From contig OY969556.1 in NCBI GenBank assembly GCA_963701015.1, positions 4,025,509 through 4,089,508 of the forward strand: a DNA stretch of 64,000 bases, written 5' to 3'. Shown piece by piece: positions 34,409 to 44,830 of the stretch (the first letter of the stretch is position 1; each line of letters begins with the position of its first letter). The DNA is from an uncultured Bacteroidota bacterium. Its GTDB lineage: Bacteria; Bacteroidota; Bacteroidia; Bacteroidales; DTGW01. Position numbers and translations under genes: made by a program. The notes under the pieces were generated by a model that was not told where the DNA came from, ran no database searches, and was given only the letters and a program-made list of their open reading frames with translations.

Positions 34409-35233
34409 TTAGAATGAAACCAACAAGTCAAATGAAGGCGTAGTACCAAGTTCAGGATGATTGGCAAAACCAAAACCTGCAATATATTTTTTCCAATGAT
34501 ACCCAATCCCGAAACTATATGGAATTGTTCCGGTTGATATACCAATTCTTAATGCCAATGAATTTATGGGATTATATTCAATTCCAATTTTTATAAATGG
34601 TTTTTGAATATAATTATATTCTGCTTCGGCCATTATGCAAATTTCTGACTTAATTGTATAAGCTCCCCCAAATTGCACAATCGAAGGAAGTGAGACTTCT
34701 GTATTTGTATTTTCTTTTTTAAGAATTGGATTAAAGACATGAAACCCTATTTTTATATTTTCAGTAAGTAATGAAATAATTCCTGCTTCAAAAGTTATCC
34801 GTTTATCCTGATGAGTAGAATTTGCTATAGTTGAACTGAAATAATCGAGTTGTACGCCTGCCATGATATTCTTTCCAAGCTTGCTCGAAAATGCCATTCC
34901 AAGTTTCATTTCGTGGTATAACGAATATCCGAAATAATTCATTTGCAAACCCATAGTTCCAGGTTTTATAGGACATGCAAATGCAAGCGAACTTAGGCTC
35001 AATTCTTTCATTAAAAACCTTTGTTCATGATATAAGCCTAAATTATCTGTACTTAATTGGGCTAGTCCTGCCTGATTATGAGAAACCGACCAGACATCAG
35101 AATTTGTTACACCACAACCCGATAATGACATAGAACGGCTTCCAACATAATAATCGTTAAAAGCATAAATTGTAAAATTCTCAAAAATGATTAATAAAAT
35201 GCAAACTGCATTTTTTAAAAATTGAATTCCCAT
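34409..35233 (-). CDS. PorV/PorQ-like outer-membrane beta-barrel protein
   Basis: 274-aa ORF with SRSMSLSGCGVTNSDVWSVSHNQAGLA, similar to the PorQ-family N-terminal motif, and a C-terminal F. Confidence 0.45.
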   Translation of the reverse strand: MGIQFLKNAVCILLIIFENFTIYAFNDYYVGSRSMSLSGCGVTNSDVWSVSHNQAGLAQLSTDNLGLYHEQRFLMKELSLSSLAFACPIKPGTMGLQMNYFGYSLYHEMKLGMAFSSKLGKNIMAGVQLDYFSSTIANSTHQDKRITFEAGIISLLTENIKIGFHVFNPILKKENTNTEVSLPSIVQFGGAYTIKSEICIMAEAEYNYIQKPFIKIGIEYNPINSLALRIGISTGTIPYSFGIGYHWKKYIAGFGFANHPELGTTPSFDLLVSF

Positions 35234-35446
35234 TCGTTATAAAATTGTAACGAAACTCCTCAGAATCCTTATATTTATAGGATATTACACAAAACGGACA
35301 GCACTGTTTCGAATCATTCAATATAAAAATATAAAATGAAAATTAATTTTCCAAAAAAATATTTATGATAATTAATTGAATTGGATTTTGGTAAAAACAA
35401 AAAATCCGACTTTTTGCCGGACTTTCAGTGCTTTATTCTTGGGCTC

Positions 35447-38400
35447 TTATTCTTTTACAAATTTAAAAATATGAGCGTTATCCTTATCATTGTAGTGAAG
35501 TATGTATATGCCGGTCTGTAGTAACCGGATATTTATATTTTCTTGCGCATTATTAATTTGTTCCGATAAAATATTTCTTCCATTTAAATCAGTAATAATT
35601 ATTGTTGCCTGATTATCTGATTTGCGTGAAAAAGTAAGATAATCTTTTGCAGGATTAGGGAATATGCTGATTTCTGATAGTTTAGATTGATCAACACTCA
35701 CAATACTTGAATTAAATGATTGTTCAGTTGCCCAATTCCCACCAGCATAGCAATTGTCAATGGCTTGTACGCTCCAGTAATAATTACCTTTCGGAAGATT
35801 GTTGACAATATAGCTATTATTTTGTCCAACATTTCCCAAAGCTACAATTCGCCTAAACCCATTAACCGGGTCTGACATAGGATTGATAATATCAGCACCT
35901 CCCGGAGTTGTTCCAATTCTAATATTATAACTTAATCCATTGGAAGGAGTTTCATTATCAGTAGACTTGTTCCATTGGAAATTAACGGTATTATTGTTAT
36001 ATGAGGCCACAAGACTTGATGGTGCTGTTGGAACAGTATTCGAAATCCTCGGTGCATTATTTTTATATAATTTCGAAGCCAAGTTTAGAACATCATCTCC
36101 TGAAATAAATAAATCTGTTTTTCCATCTTTATCGAAATCGGCAACAGCGGCAGAGCAATTAAATACTTGTGTTAATGAATCGATACTTCTGCCAATTTCC
36201 TGAAATGTCCCATCCTGGTTGTTTTCGAAATATCTCGAAAAGCCATTGCCAACTAAAAGAATATCCTGATAACCATCATTATTAATATCGGCCCATAAAG
36301 CAGAGCCAGAAATAATGCCAGGCAGTGGAACATTGGTTTGTTCTGTAAATGTACCATCGCCATTATTTTCCCATATTTGAGAAATAATTGCATTTTCACT
36401 TAATCCGGAAAGTAAAATATCTAAATTACCATCGTTGTTATAATCACCCCATGCTACTGAACTATAACCTACACCTGGTAAATTAATATTTACTTGCGAA
36501 AAAGTACCATCGCCATTGTTTTTATACAAATATGAAACAGCGCTATCATCAGTGGTGAAACCAGTTAGCAGAATATCGGGATATCCGTCGTTATTGAAAT
36601 CGCCCCAAGCAACGGAACTGTAATAAACCCCGGTTAAATTAGCACTGGTATTTTCGCTAAATGTGCCGTCGCCATTATTCTGGTATAATTTTGAAATTGC
36701 AGCGGAACCGTTCCATCCGGTAAGTAAAATATCCTGATGCCCATCGTTATTGTAATCGCTCCAGGCAACTGATCCTTTTGATACATTTGCCAAAACAATA
36801 TTTTTTTGCTCGGTAAAAGTACCATTGCCATTATTTTTGTAAACTTTTGATGTTTGCAGCCTAGTGGTAGTTGCAGAAGTTGAACTTCCGGTAACTAATA
36901 TATCTGCTAAATTATCATTGTTAAAATCACCCCAGGCTACGGAACTATTGCTATAACCAATGGTATCAATATTTGTTCCACTAAATGTGCCATCGCCATT
37001 ATTTTTGTACAACTTGAATACATTTCCGCCACTGGATTTACCAGTAATCAATAAATCTAAATTCCCGTCATTATTATAATCGGCCCAGGCAACCGAACCT
37101 AATTTAACCCCCACAAATAAATTGGGCTGTTCTTTAAAAATATTTTCGGCTTGAAAAGTTGTATCGTTTTTGTAACCCAAACTTAAGTTATAATGAACAC
37201 CAGTGCCGTTATTGTAATATTCTAAAACATAAACTGTATAATTAAAGCCATCTTTTAAACTATCAATAAGTACCCTGGAATTTTTTCCTTTATAGGCACA
37301 ATACCAACCCGAAGTGTCCATAAGTTCTGTACCAGTTTTGTCATAGCCCTTTGCTGGCTTGAAAATAGAATCGGCTTTGTAATTCTGCAAATTTGTTGGG
37401 TAATAAATACTATCGCGTCTTGCCCCTTCAGCAATAAATACGATACAGGAATCACCATTTCCTCTTGTCCAATTTAATAAAGCACTATGAACCGATAAGC
37501 TTTTATAAGTTATATTAGAAGCCTGAACTGCCGAAATAGTAAATGATCCTTCAGTTGCCCATGCACCACCCATAAAACCATTGTCAATTGCCTGTACACT
37601 CCAGTAATATTTCCCGGCTGAAAGACTGTTTATGGAATAGCTGTTTGTATTAATTTTACCTGCAGCTACAATTCTTCTGAATCCTGTTTTAGCATCAGCC
37701 ATTGGGCTTAATATATCAATTCCTCCGGGAGTTGTTCCAATGCGTATATTATAACTTAATCCGTTTTGAGGTGTTTCATTATCAGTCGTTTTGTTCCATG
37801 AAAATGATACAATATCTCTGTTTGTACTTGTCTGTAAGTTTGTTGGCGCTATAGGTGGAGTATTTATAGTGTCCCTGGGCTTTGCTTTAAATATTCTTGT
37901 TTTATAAACCGAATCTTTGTTATTGTAACCTGATAAGAAAATATCTAAAATTCCATTATTGTTGTAATCGCCCCAAACGCCAGTTCCATATTCCACCCCA
38001 GGCAAAGTGTCGGCAATAGTGAAAGTTCCATCGCCATTATTTTTATATATCTCTGACATTCTGTTGTCACCTTTATAAGTTCTGCCAGTTAATAATATGT
38101 CAGTTTTGCCATCGTTATTAAAATCACCCCAGGCTGCTGAACCATGAGCTACTCCCGGCAAAACAATTCCTGTTTGTTCAGTGAATGTACCATTTCCATT
38201 ATTTCTATAAACTTTCGATATAATATTTGGCGCAGCATAGCCGGTTAAAAGAATATCCAAATAACCATCATTGTCATAATCACCCCAGGCAACTGAACTG
38301 TATTCAACGCCTGGAAGAACTATACTGGTCTGTTCTGTAAAATTGCCATTGCCGTTATTCTTATAAATTTTTGTAACAGACCTTGTACTATCATAACCTG

Positions 38401-39070
38401 TTAATAAAATATCGGAAAATCCATCATTATTGTAATCGCCCCAGGCAACTGAACCAAAATCAACTCCATCAAGTACAATATTAAATTGTTCGGTGAAATT
38501 GTTGTTGCCATTGTTTCTGTAAATTTTTGAAATATATCTTCCTTTGGCAGTATAACCGGTAATTAAAATATCCTGACGGCCATCATTATTATAATCACAC
38601 CATGAAGCAGTTGCTTGCGTAACGCCTTTTAAAAATATTTTATGCTGCCTGTTAAAAGTATTATTGCCAACATTCTTGTACACTCTTGCAACATAACCTG
38701 AATCGGAACTACCAACTGTAAGTATATCTAATCGTCCGTCGTTATTATAATCACCCCAGGTAACAGCACCATTGGTGACGAATAACAGTGTGTCCTCAAT
38801 GTTTGTTTGATTCTGCAAAAAACCAAAAGTATCGCGCTTGTAAACTTCCGTTAAATTACCATCGTTGTATCCCGTAATAATAAAGCCTAAATATCCACTG
38901 TTTGAGTAATCGCCCCATTGAAAACTGGTATGATTTACTTCAGTTAGAGTATCAGCATAATATAAAGGTGTATAAAGTGATTGGGCTTTTGAATTATTGA
39001 AAAAACTTAATGAAAGAACCAGAATTGTAAGAATACAAGTCAGTAACTTTTTAAAATTTGGTTTAACCAT
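35447..39070 (-). CDS. FG-GAP/VCBS-repeat giant protein with two FN3-like domains and a T9SS C-terminal sorting domain
   Basis: Over 20 WGDYNNDGxxDILLTG repeats. Two paralogous FN3-like segments (...SFSWNKTTDNETPQNGLSYNIRIGTTPGG...). The C-terminus (ISIFPNPAKDYLTF...GIYILHY...) is typical of type A T9SS cargo. Confidence 0.85.
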   Translation of the reverse strand: MVKPNFKKLLTCILTILVLSLSFFNNSKAQSLYTPLYYADTLTEVNHTSFQWGDYSNSGYLGFIITGYNDGNLTEVYKRDTFGFLQNQTNIEDTLLFVTNGAVTWGDYNNDGRLDILTVGSSDSGYVARVYKNVGNNTFNRQHKIFLKGVTQATASWCDYNNDGRQDILITGYTAKGRYISKIYRNNGNNNFTEQFNIVLDGVDFGSVAWGDYNNDGFSDILLTGYDSTRSVTKIYKNNGNGNFTEQTSIVLPGVEYSSVAWGDYDNDGYLDILLTGYAAPNIISKVYRNNGNGTFTEQTGIVLPGVAHGSAAWGDFNNDGKTDILLTGRTYKGDNRMSEIYKNNGDGTFTIADTLPGVEYGTGVWGDYNNNGILDIFLSGYNNKDSVYKTRIFKAKPRDTINTPPIAPTNLQTSTNRDIVSFSWNKTTDNETPQNGLSYNIRIGTTPGGIDILSPMADAKTGFRRIVAAGKINTNSYSINSLSAGKYYWSVQAIDNGFMGGAWATEGSFTISAVQASNITYKSLSVHSALLNWTRGNGDSCIVFIAEGARRDSIYYPTNLQNYKADSIFKPAKGYDKTGTELMDTSGWYCAYKGKNSRVLIDSLKDGFNYTVYVLEYYNNGTGVHYNLSLGYKNDTTFQAENIFKEQPNLFVGVKLGSVAWADYNNDGNLDLLITGKSSGGNVFKLYKNNGDGTFSGTNIDTIGYSNSSVAWGDFNNDNLADILVTGSSTSATTTRLQTSKVYKNNGNGTFTEQKNIVLANVSKGSVAWSDYNNDGHQDILLTGWNGSAAISKLYQNNGDGTFSENTSANLTGVYYSSVAWGDFNNDGYPDILLTGFTTDDSAVSYLYKNNGDGTFSQVNINLPGVGYSSVAWGDYNNDGNLDILLSGLSENAIISQIWENNGDGTFTEQTNVPLPGIISGSALWADINNDGYQDILLVGNGFSRYFENNQDGTFQEIGRSIDSLTQVFNCSAAVADFDKDGKTDLFISGDDVLNLASKLYKNNAPRISNTVPTAPSSLVASYNNNTVNFQWNKSTDNETPSNGLSYNIRIGTTPGGADIINPMSDPVNGFRRIVALGNVGQNNSYIVNNLPKGNYYWSVQAIDNCYAGGNWATEQSFNSSIVSVDQSKLSEISIFPNPAKDYLTFSRKSDNQATIIITDLNGRNILSEQINNAQENINIRLLQTGIYILHYNDKDNAHIFKFVKE

Positions 39071-39371
39071 AAATCAATCAATTTTAACATATAACTTATA
39101 ATTCCCTTAATTAGTATGAACGCTTGAACCAATAAGGTATTTTAACTAAAATTCACAATAGTAATTCGCTAATTTTAGAATAAAAGTGTGGCAAAGTTAT
39201 CAAAAGACACGAGCAAATAGGCAGGTAATTTTATTTTTTAACAGAAAATGATTGTAAGTAAATGGTTTTATGAATTAAATTGGGCTATCAGGTTATTATG
39301 AAGATGTAGTTTATTTTTATATCATAAGCAATTTAAATTTATTTTTTGTAAAATTTCAAAGCGTATATTTT

Positions 39372-40106
39372 CTATTGTTCGTAGTTTCTTAATTCAAAAT
39401 TTTTGCCCAGGTACAGTTTTCTTACTTGTTCGTCTTCGGCTAATTCACGTGCTGTACCGTATTTCAAAATATCTCCTTCGTAAAGTAAATAGGCGCGGTC
39501 AGTAATAGATAGTGTTTCATGTACATTGTGATCGGTGATTAAAACGCCAATATTTTTAGTTTTGAGTTTTTTTACTATTTCCTGAATATCTTCAACCGCA
39601 ATAGGATCGACTCCCGCAAAAGGTTCGTCGAGTAAAATAAATTTTGGGTCAATAGCCAAAGCCCTTGCAATTTCAGTTCTTCGGCGTTCACCCCCAGAGA
39701 GCTGTATGCCCAAACTTTTTCGAATTTTTTGCAGACCAAATTCATTCAACAAGGTTTCAACTTTTGCCCTTTGTTCTTCCTTCGGAAGTTCAGTCATTTC
39801 AAGCACTGCATGAATATTGTCTTCTACACTCAATTGGCGGAATACTGAAGCCTCCTGGGCCAGGTAACCAATTCCTTTTTGAGCCCTTCGGTACATTGGT
39901 TCTTTGGTTATATTTTCGTCATTTAAAAATATTTTGCCTTCATTAGGAACAATAAGCCCAACAATCATATAAAATGAAGTTGTTTTTCCAGCACCATTTG
40001 GGCCAAGCAAACCAACTATTTCACCTTGTTCAACATGAAATGAAACGCCCTTTACAACAGTACGGTTCTTGTATTTTTTGACTAAATGTTCTGTTCGAAG
40101 TATCAT
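39372..40106 (-). CDS. lptB: LPS export ABC transporter ATP-binding protein LptB
   Basis: 244-aa ORF with Walker A GPNGAGKTT, signature LSGGERRR and typical LptB length and sequence. Confidence 0.85.
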   Translation of the reverse strand: MILRTEHLVKKYKNRTVVKGVSFHVEQGEIVGLLGPNGAGKTTSFYMIVGLIVPNEGKIFLNDENITKEPMYRRAQKGIGYLAQEASVFRQLSVEDNIHAVLEMTELPKEEQRAKVETLLNEFGLQKIRKSLGIQLSGGERRRTEIARALAIDPKFILLDEPFAGVDPIAVEDIQEIVKKLKTKNIGVLITDHNVHETLSITDRAYLLYEGDILKYGTARELAEDEQVRKLYLGKNFELRNYEQ

Positions 40107-40134
40107 ATTATATTTCTTTCAAAATAACAAAAAA

Positions 40135-40965
40135 TTATTGTTTTAATCTTCTTTTCAAAACCATTCCCGAAATTAAAATACTTGCAAAGTACAAAGTAAT
40201 TAGCGGTATTGCAACAATTGTCTGGCTAACAACATCGGGTGGTGTAATAATTGCTGCTAAAATTAAAATAACAACCACGGCATGCCGCCAATATTTCATC
40301 ATAAAGGCTGGTGTAAGAAGACCAATTGCTGATAGGAAATAAACTATAATTGGCAATTCAAATACTATGCCACAAGCTAGTACCACCATAGTAACATTGG
40401 AAACATAAGAAACAAAATTAATTTTATTTTCAATCTGGTCGCTAACACTATAGGTCGTTAGAAAATCAATTGAAAAGGGCAGTAACACAAAATAGCCAAA
40501 AAAAATGCCTACCAGAAACAAACTTGAACTATAAAATACAGCACCACGGGCGTTTTTCCTTTCTTTTGAATTCAAAGCAGGTGCAATAAATTTCCAAAAT
40601 TGATAAAAGATATATGGAAAAACCATTATAACTCCGGCAACCAATGAAACCCAAATGTGCATATTAAATTGCCCTCCCATGGTTATATTTTGCAAAGGCA
40701 TTGGATGCTGATTAATACACATATCAGGAATACTAAAATAGCGCTGTAACAAATGTCTCGTAGCTAAACCAATTTTGCATATAATACGGTTACTAATAAA
40801 ATCAGGATAACGTGGGCCAAGTAACACATGATCGAATATATAACTTTTATAAATAAACGCGAGAGTTGCTCCAATTATAACTGCCATAAGCGATCGGATA
40901 ATTACCCAGCGCAGTTCTTCCAGGTGTTGAAGAAATGACATTTCACGGGTATCCTTTTCAGCCAT
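40135..40965 (-). CDS. tatC: twin-arginine translocase subunit TatC
   Basis: MSFLQHLEELRWVIIRSL N-terminus and a 6-TM profile. Confidence 0.85.
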   Translation of the reverse strand: MAEKDTREMSFLQHLEELRWVIIRSLMAVIIGATLAFIYKSYIFDHVLLGPRYPDFISNRIICKIGLATRHLLQRYFSIPDMCINQHPMPLQNITMGGQFNMHIWVSLVAGVIMVFPYIFYQFWKFIAPALNSKERKNARGAVFYSSSLFLVGIFFGYFVLLPFSIDFLTTYSVSDQIENKINFVSYVSNVTMVVLACGIVFELPIIVYFLSAIGLLTPAFMMKYWRHAVVVILILAAIITPPDVVSQTIVAIPLITLYFASILISGMVLKRRLKQ

Positions 40966-41333
40966 TTTAGATTATTTTAAGCGTTGGCAAAAATATGTAA
41001 ATTTTCTTCAACTTTTAAAAAGTGGCTAATTGGTGATATTCATCATTATCTCCAACTTTGTCACTAAATTTCCGTTATATTATTTAAGGAATGAGTCAGG
41101 TAAATTAATTCCAGCAATAGAATTCTTTATAAAATTTAAACTTTTTTAAAGGTTTATTTAGTAGCATATTAACAATCACTTATTTAAAAAGAATACAAAC
41201 AAGTCTGTTTTTTATTTAAAATTCATTAAATTTGGATTAAAAGTTTAATTATAGGGAAATTTAAATATTAAATTTGCAATCCTTTTTAAAAAACCCGAAA
41301 ATTTTAAAATGAAAAGGTTGAACGAAATAAATT

Positions 41334-43524
41334 ATGGTTACTAAGGAAGATCAGTCGCTGCTTGAATATTTGAAGAAATATTTTGGGTTCTCCAGTTTTA
41401 AAGGAAATCAGGAAGCAATTATTCACAATGTGCTAGAAGGGAATGATACTTTTGTACTTATGCCAACAGGCGGAGGGAAATCATTGTGTTATCAGTTACC
41501 GGCTTTACTATTGGAAGGTACAGCTGTAATTATTTCTCCACTTATTGCCTTAATGAAAAATCAGGTTGATGCTATGCGCAGCTTTAGCGAGGAAGATGGA
41601 ATTGCACATTTTATGAATTCGTCTTTAACTAAAGCCCAGATAAATAAGGTTAAAGAAGATATTCTGTCAAAAAAAACCAAGCTATTGTATGTTGCGCCTG
41701 AGTCGTTAACGAAAGAAGAAAATATTCAATTTTTAAAACAAGTTGTTGTTTCTTTTTATGCAGTCGATGAGGCCCATTGTATATCAGAATGGGGGCATGA
41801 TTTCAGACCTGAATACAGGCGTATTCGGCCAATTATTAATCAAATAGCTAACGCTCCAATTATGGCGCTTACTGCAACAGCTACGCCAAAGGTACAAAGC
41901 GATATTCAAAAAACACTTGAAATGCTTGATGCCAAAGTGTTTAAATCTTCGTTTAACAGACCTAATTTATACTATGAAATAAGGCCAAAAATTGAAGCTT
42001 CAAAACAAATTATAAAATATATAAAAAATAACCACAACAAATCAGGAATAGTTTATTGCTTAAGCCGCAAAAAGGTTGAGGAACTTACTGAATTGCTGCA
42101 AGTGAATGGAATAAGGGCTTTGCCTTATCATGCGGGAATGGATGCAACTACACGTGCCACTAACCAGGATAAATTTCTGATGGAAGAAGCCGAAGTTATT
42201 GTTGCCACTATTGCATTTGGAATGGGAATTGATAAACCCGATGTAAGATTTGTTATTCATTACGATATTCCAAAAAGCCTTGAAGGATATTACCAGGAAA
42301 CAGGCCGTGCCGGTCGCGATGGTGGTGAAGGCCAGTGTATAACTTTTTACCGTTATCAGGATATTCAAAAGCTTGAAAAATTTATGCAGGGTAAACCGGT
42401 TGCTGAACAGGAAATTGGTAAACAATTGCTGCTCGAAACGGTTTCGTATGCTGAAACATCTCTTTGCCGGAGACGTTTTCTCTTGCATTACTTTGGAGAA
42501 ATATACGACCGTGAAAATTGCGAATGTTGCGACAATTGCGTTCACCCAAAAGTACAATTCGATGGTAAGGAATATGTTTTGCAGGTGCTGGAATGTGTGC
42601 TTGCTGTAAAAGAAAAATTTAAATCAGAACATATTGCCAACGTTTTGGCGGGGAATCTTAATACAGCAATTAAATCATACAAACACAACAAGCTCGAAAT
42701 ATTCGGTGCTGGAGGCGAAAAGAATGTGAAATTTTGGAATGCTGTTATAAGGCAAATGCTGGTTTCGCAATTGTTGCTAAAAGATATTGAAAATTACGGA
42801 CTTTTAAGATTGTCAGAAGCCGGGCTTAAATATTTAGATAACCCGGAAACACTCATGCTTTCGGAGGACCGATGATTATGAAGTTGAAAATGATGAAGAA
42901 CAAACCGTAGCCCTTTCAAAAACAACAACGGTTGACGAAGAGCTTTTGCACATTTTAAAAGATTTACGAAAGAAAATTGCCAAACAGAAGAACCTGCCGC
43001 CTTTTGTAATTTTTCAGGATCCTTCGTTGGAAGATATGGCCATCCAATACCCAATCAATAATGAAGAACTGCAAAATATTGTAGGCGTAGGTACCGGTAA
43101 AGCTCAAAGATATGGAAAGGAGTTTACTGAAATTATTAAAGCCTATGTTGAGGAAAAAGAAATAATCAGGCCTCAGGATATGGTGGTTAGGTCGGTTGTG
43201 AATAAATCGGGAATGAAAGTGTTTATTATTCAAAGCATCGACCGTAAAATGAACCTCGAAGATATTGCTTCGTCTAAAGGAATTACTTTAAATGACTTAT
43301 TGACCGAAATAGAAGCCATTGTTAACAGTGGAACGAAGCTGAATATCGATTATTATATTGATGAAATTTTAGACGAAGAACACCAGCAGGAAGTTTACGA
43401 CTATTTTCGCGAAGCTGAATCGGAATCTGTTGCCGATGCTTTAGCTGAATTAGGCGATGATGAATATTCCGAAGAAGATTTACGGTTAATGCGAATTAAG
43501 TTTCTGTCGGAAATGGGCAATTAA
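41334..43524 (+). pseudogene. recQ: ATP-dependent DNA helicase RecQ, interrupted by a +1 frameshift near 42870-42875
   Basis: ORF 41334-42875 holds the helicase core plus the RQC/Zn motif (CRRRFLLHYFGE...CCDNC). ORF 42946-43524 holds the HRDC region. Reading frame 2 is open from 42838 and gives ...DYEVENDEEQTVALSK...LHILKDLRKK. Confidence 0.8.
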
Positions 43525-43536
43525 ATTCATTGATAA

Positions 43537-44721
43537 TCAATACAACAGGTTATCGTAAGGATATCTTTTGATATGCACTTCTTTCACTTTCTGGTAAAGC
43601 ATTTCACGGAAAATATTCAGGTTGGTTTTTTCTATTGCCGATATAAACAAACAAGGTTGGTTCGATTTTGCAATCCAGCTGTTTTTCATTTCTTCCAATG
43701 TCCAATTTTCCCGGGTTACTGGAGTGAGGTCGTCCAAATCTTTTTGGATAAATTTAAAAGCATCAATTTTATTAAAAACCATAAAAATAGGTTTATTGGC
43801 TGCATCAATATCTTTTAAAGTTTCATTAACTGTATTAATTTGATCTTCAAATAATGGATGAGAAATATCCACTACGTGCAATAATATATCTGCCTCGCGC
43901 ACTTCATCTAATGTTGATTTAAACGATTCTACCAAATGATGTGGTAGTTTGCGTATAAAACCAACTGTATCGGATAATAAAAAAGGCAAATTTTCTACTA
44001 CTACTTTACGAACTGTAGTGTCGAGTGTGGCAAAAAGCTTGTTTTCGGCAAAAACATCACTTTTGCTCAAAAGGTTCATAATGGTTGATTTGCCAACATT
44101 GGTGTAACCAACAAGGCTTACACGCACAAGCTTGCCCCTGTTTTTTCGCTGTGTGGCCATTTGCTTGTCAATTTTTTTCAATTGATCTTTCAACCATGAA
44201 ATGCGTTCACGTATTACACGCCGGTCTGTTTCAATTTCAGTTTCACCCGGTCCACGTACACCAATACCTCCCTGCTGACGTTCGAGGTGTGTCCACATAC
44301 CAACAAGCCGTGGCAACAGATACTGTAACTGAGCAAGCTCAACCTGGGTTTTGGCGTGTGCAGTCTGTGCACGCTTGGCAAAAATATCGAGAATCAGGTT
44401 TGTTCGGTCAAGTACTTTACAACCCAATGATTTTTCAATATTACGGAGTTGACTTGGCGTAAGTTCGTCATCAAAAACAATGAAGTTAATAGTGTTTTCT
44501 TCAATATATTTTGCAATTTCAGCGAGTTTTCCTTCGCCAACAAAAGTTCGTGGATTTGGAAATTCGAGTCGTTGTGTAAATTGTTTTTTAACAATAGCTC
44601 CGGCTGTATCAACTAAAAATGCAAGTTCTTCCAAATATTCGGCTTCCAACTGCTCGTTTTGTTCCTGGTTTATTATCCCTACTAATACAGCAGTTTCTAT
44701 AACCGGCGTTGTTTCTATCAT
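43537..44721 (-). CDS. hflX: GTPase HflX
   Basis: HflX N-domain plus G domain (GYTNVGKSTIMN, DTVGF, NKID). Confidence 0.85.
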   Translation of the reverse strand: MIETTPVIETAVLVGIINQEQNEQLEAEYLEELAFLVDTAGAIVKKQFTQRLEFPNPRTFVGEGKLAEIAKYIEENTINFIVFDDELTPSQLRNIEKSLGCKVLDRTNLILDIFAKRAQTAHAKTQVELAQLQYLLPRLVGMWTHLERQQGGIGVRGPGETEIETDRRVIRERISWLKDQLKKIDKQMATQRKNRGKLVRVSLVGYTNVGKSTIMNLLSKSDVFAENKLFATLDTTVRKVVVENLPFLLSDTVGFIRKLPHHLVESFKSTLDEVREADILLHVVDISHPLFEDQINTVNETLKDIDAANKPIFMVFNKIDAFKFIQKDLDDLTPVTRENWTLEEMKNSWIAKSNQPCLFISAIEKTNLNIFREMLYQKVKEVHIKRYPYDNLLY

Positions 44722-44830
44722 TTATAAATATAAAGAATTTTGTACAAAGATATGTTTTCCATTACAATCAAATTGCATCGAGTTTCACTACATGAAAATA
44801 ATGGCTTATTAAGCAGTTTTGTGTTGGATA

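Noticed and set aside
39160-39176. A box-like sequence AATTCGCTAATTTTAG upstream of the FG-GAP gene.
   Set aside because: It has the opposite orientation to the FG-GAP gene, one mismatch in the TTTG, and no array or hairpin block attached. It is probably a relic or coincidence.
42060-42557. Antisense ORFs inside well-supported genes (for example 42060-42557 in recQ, 44085-44462 in hflX, 3302-3635 in the GT4 gene, 12055-12753 in the acetyltransferase gene).
   Set aside because: They overlap longer ORFs with clear family signatures on the other strand, and their translations have biased, non-protein-like composition.
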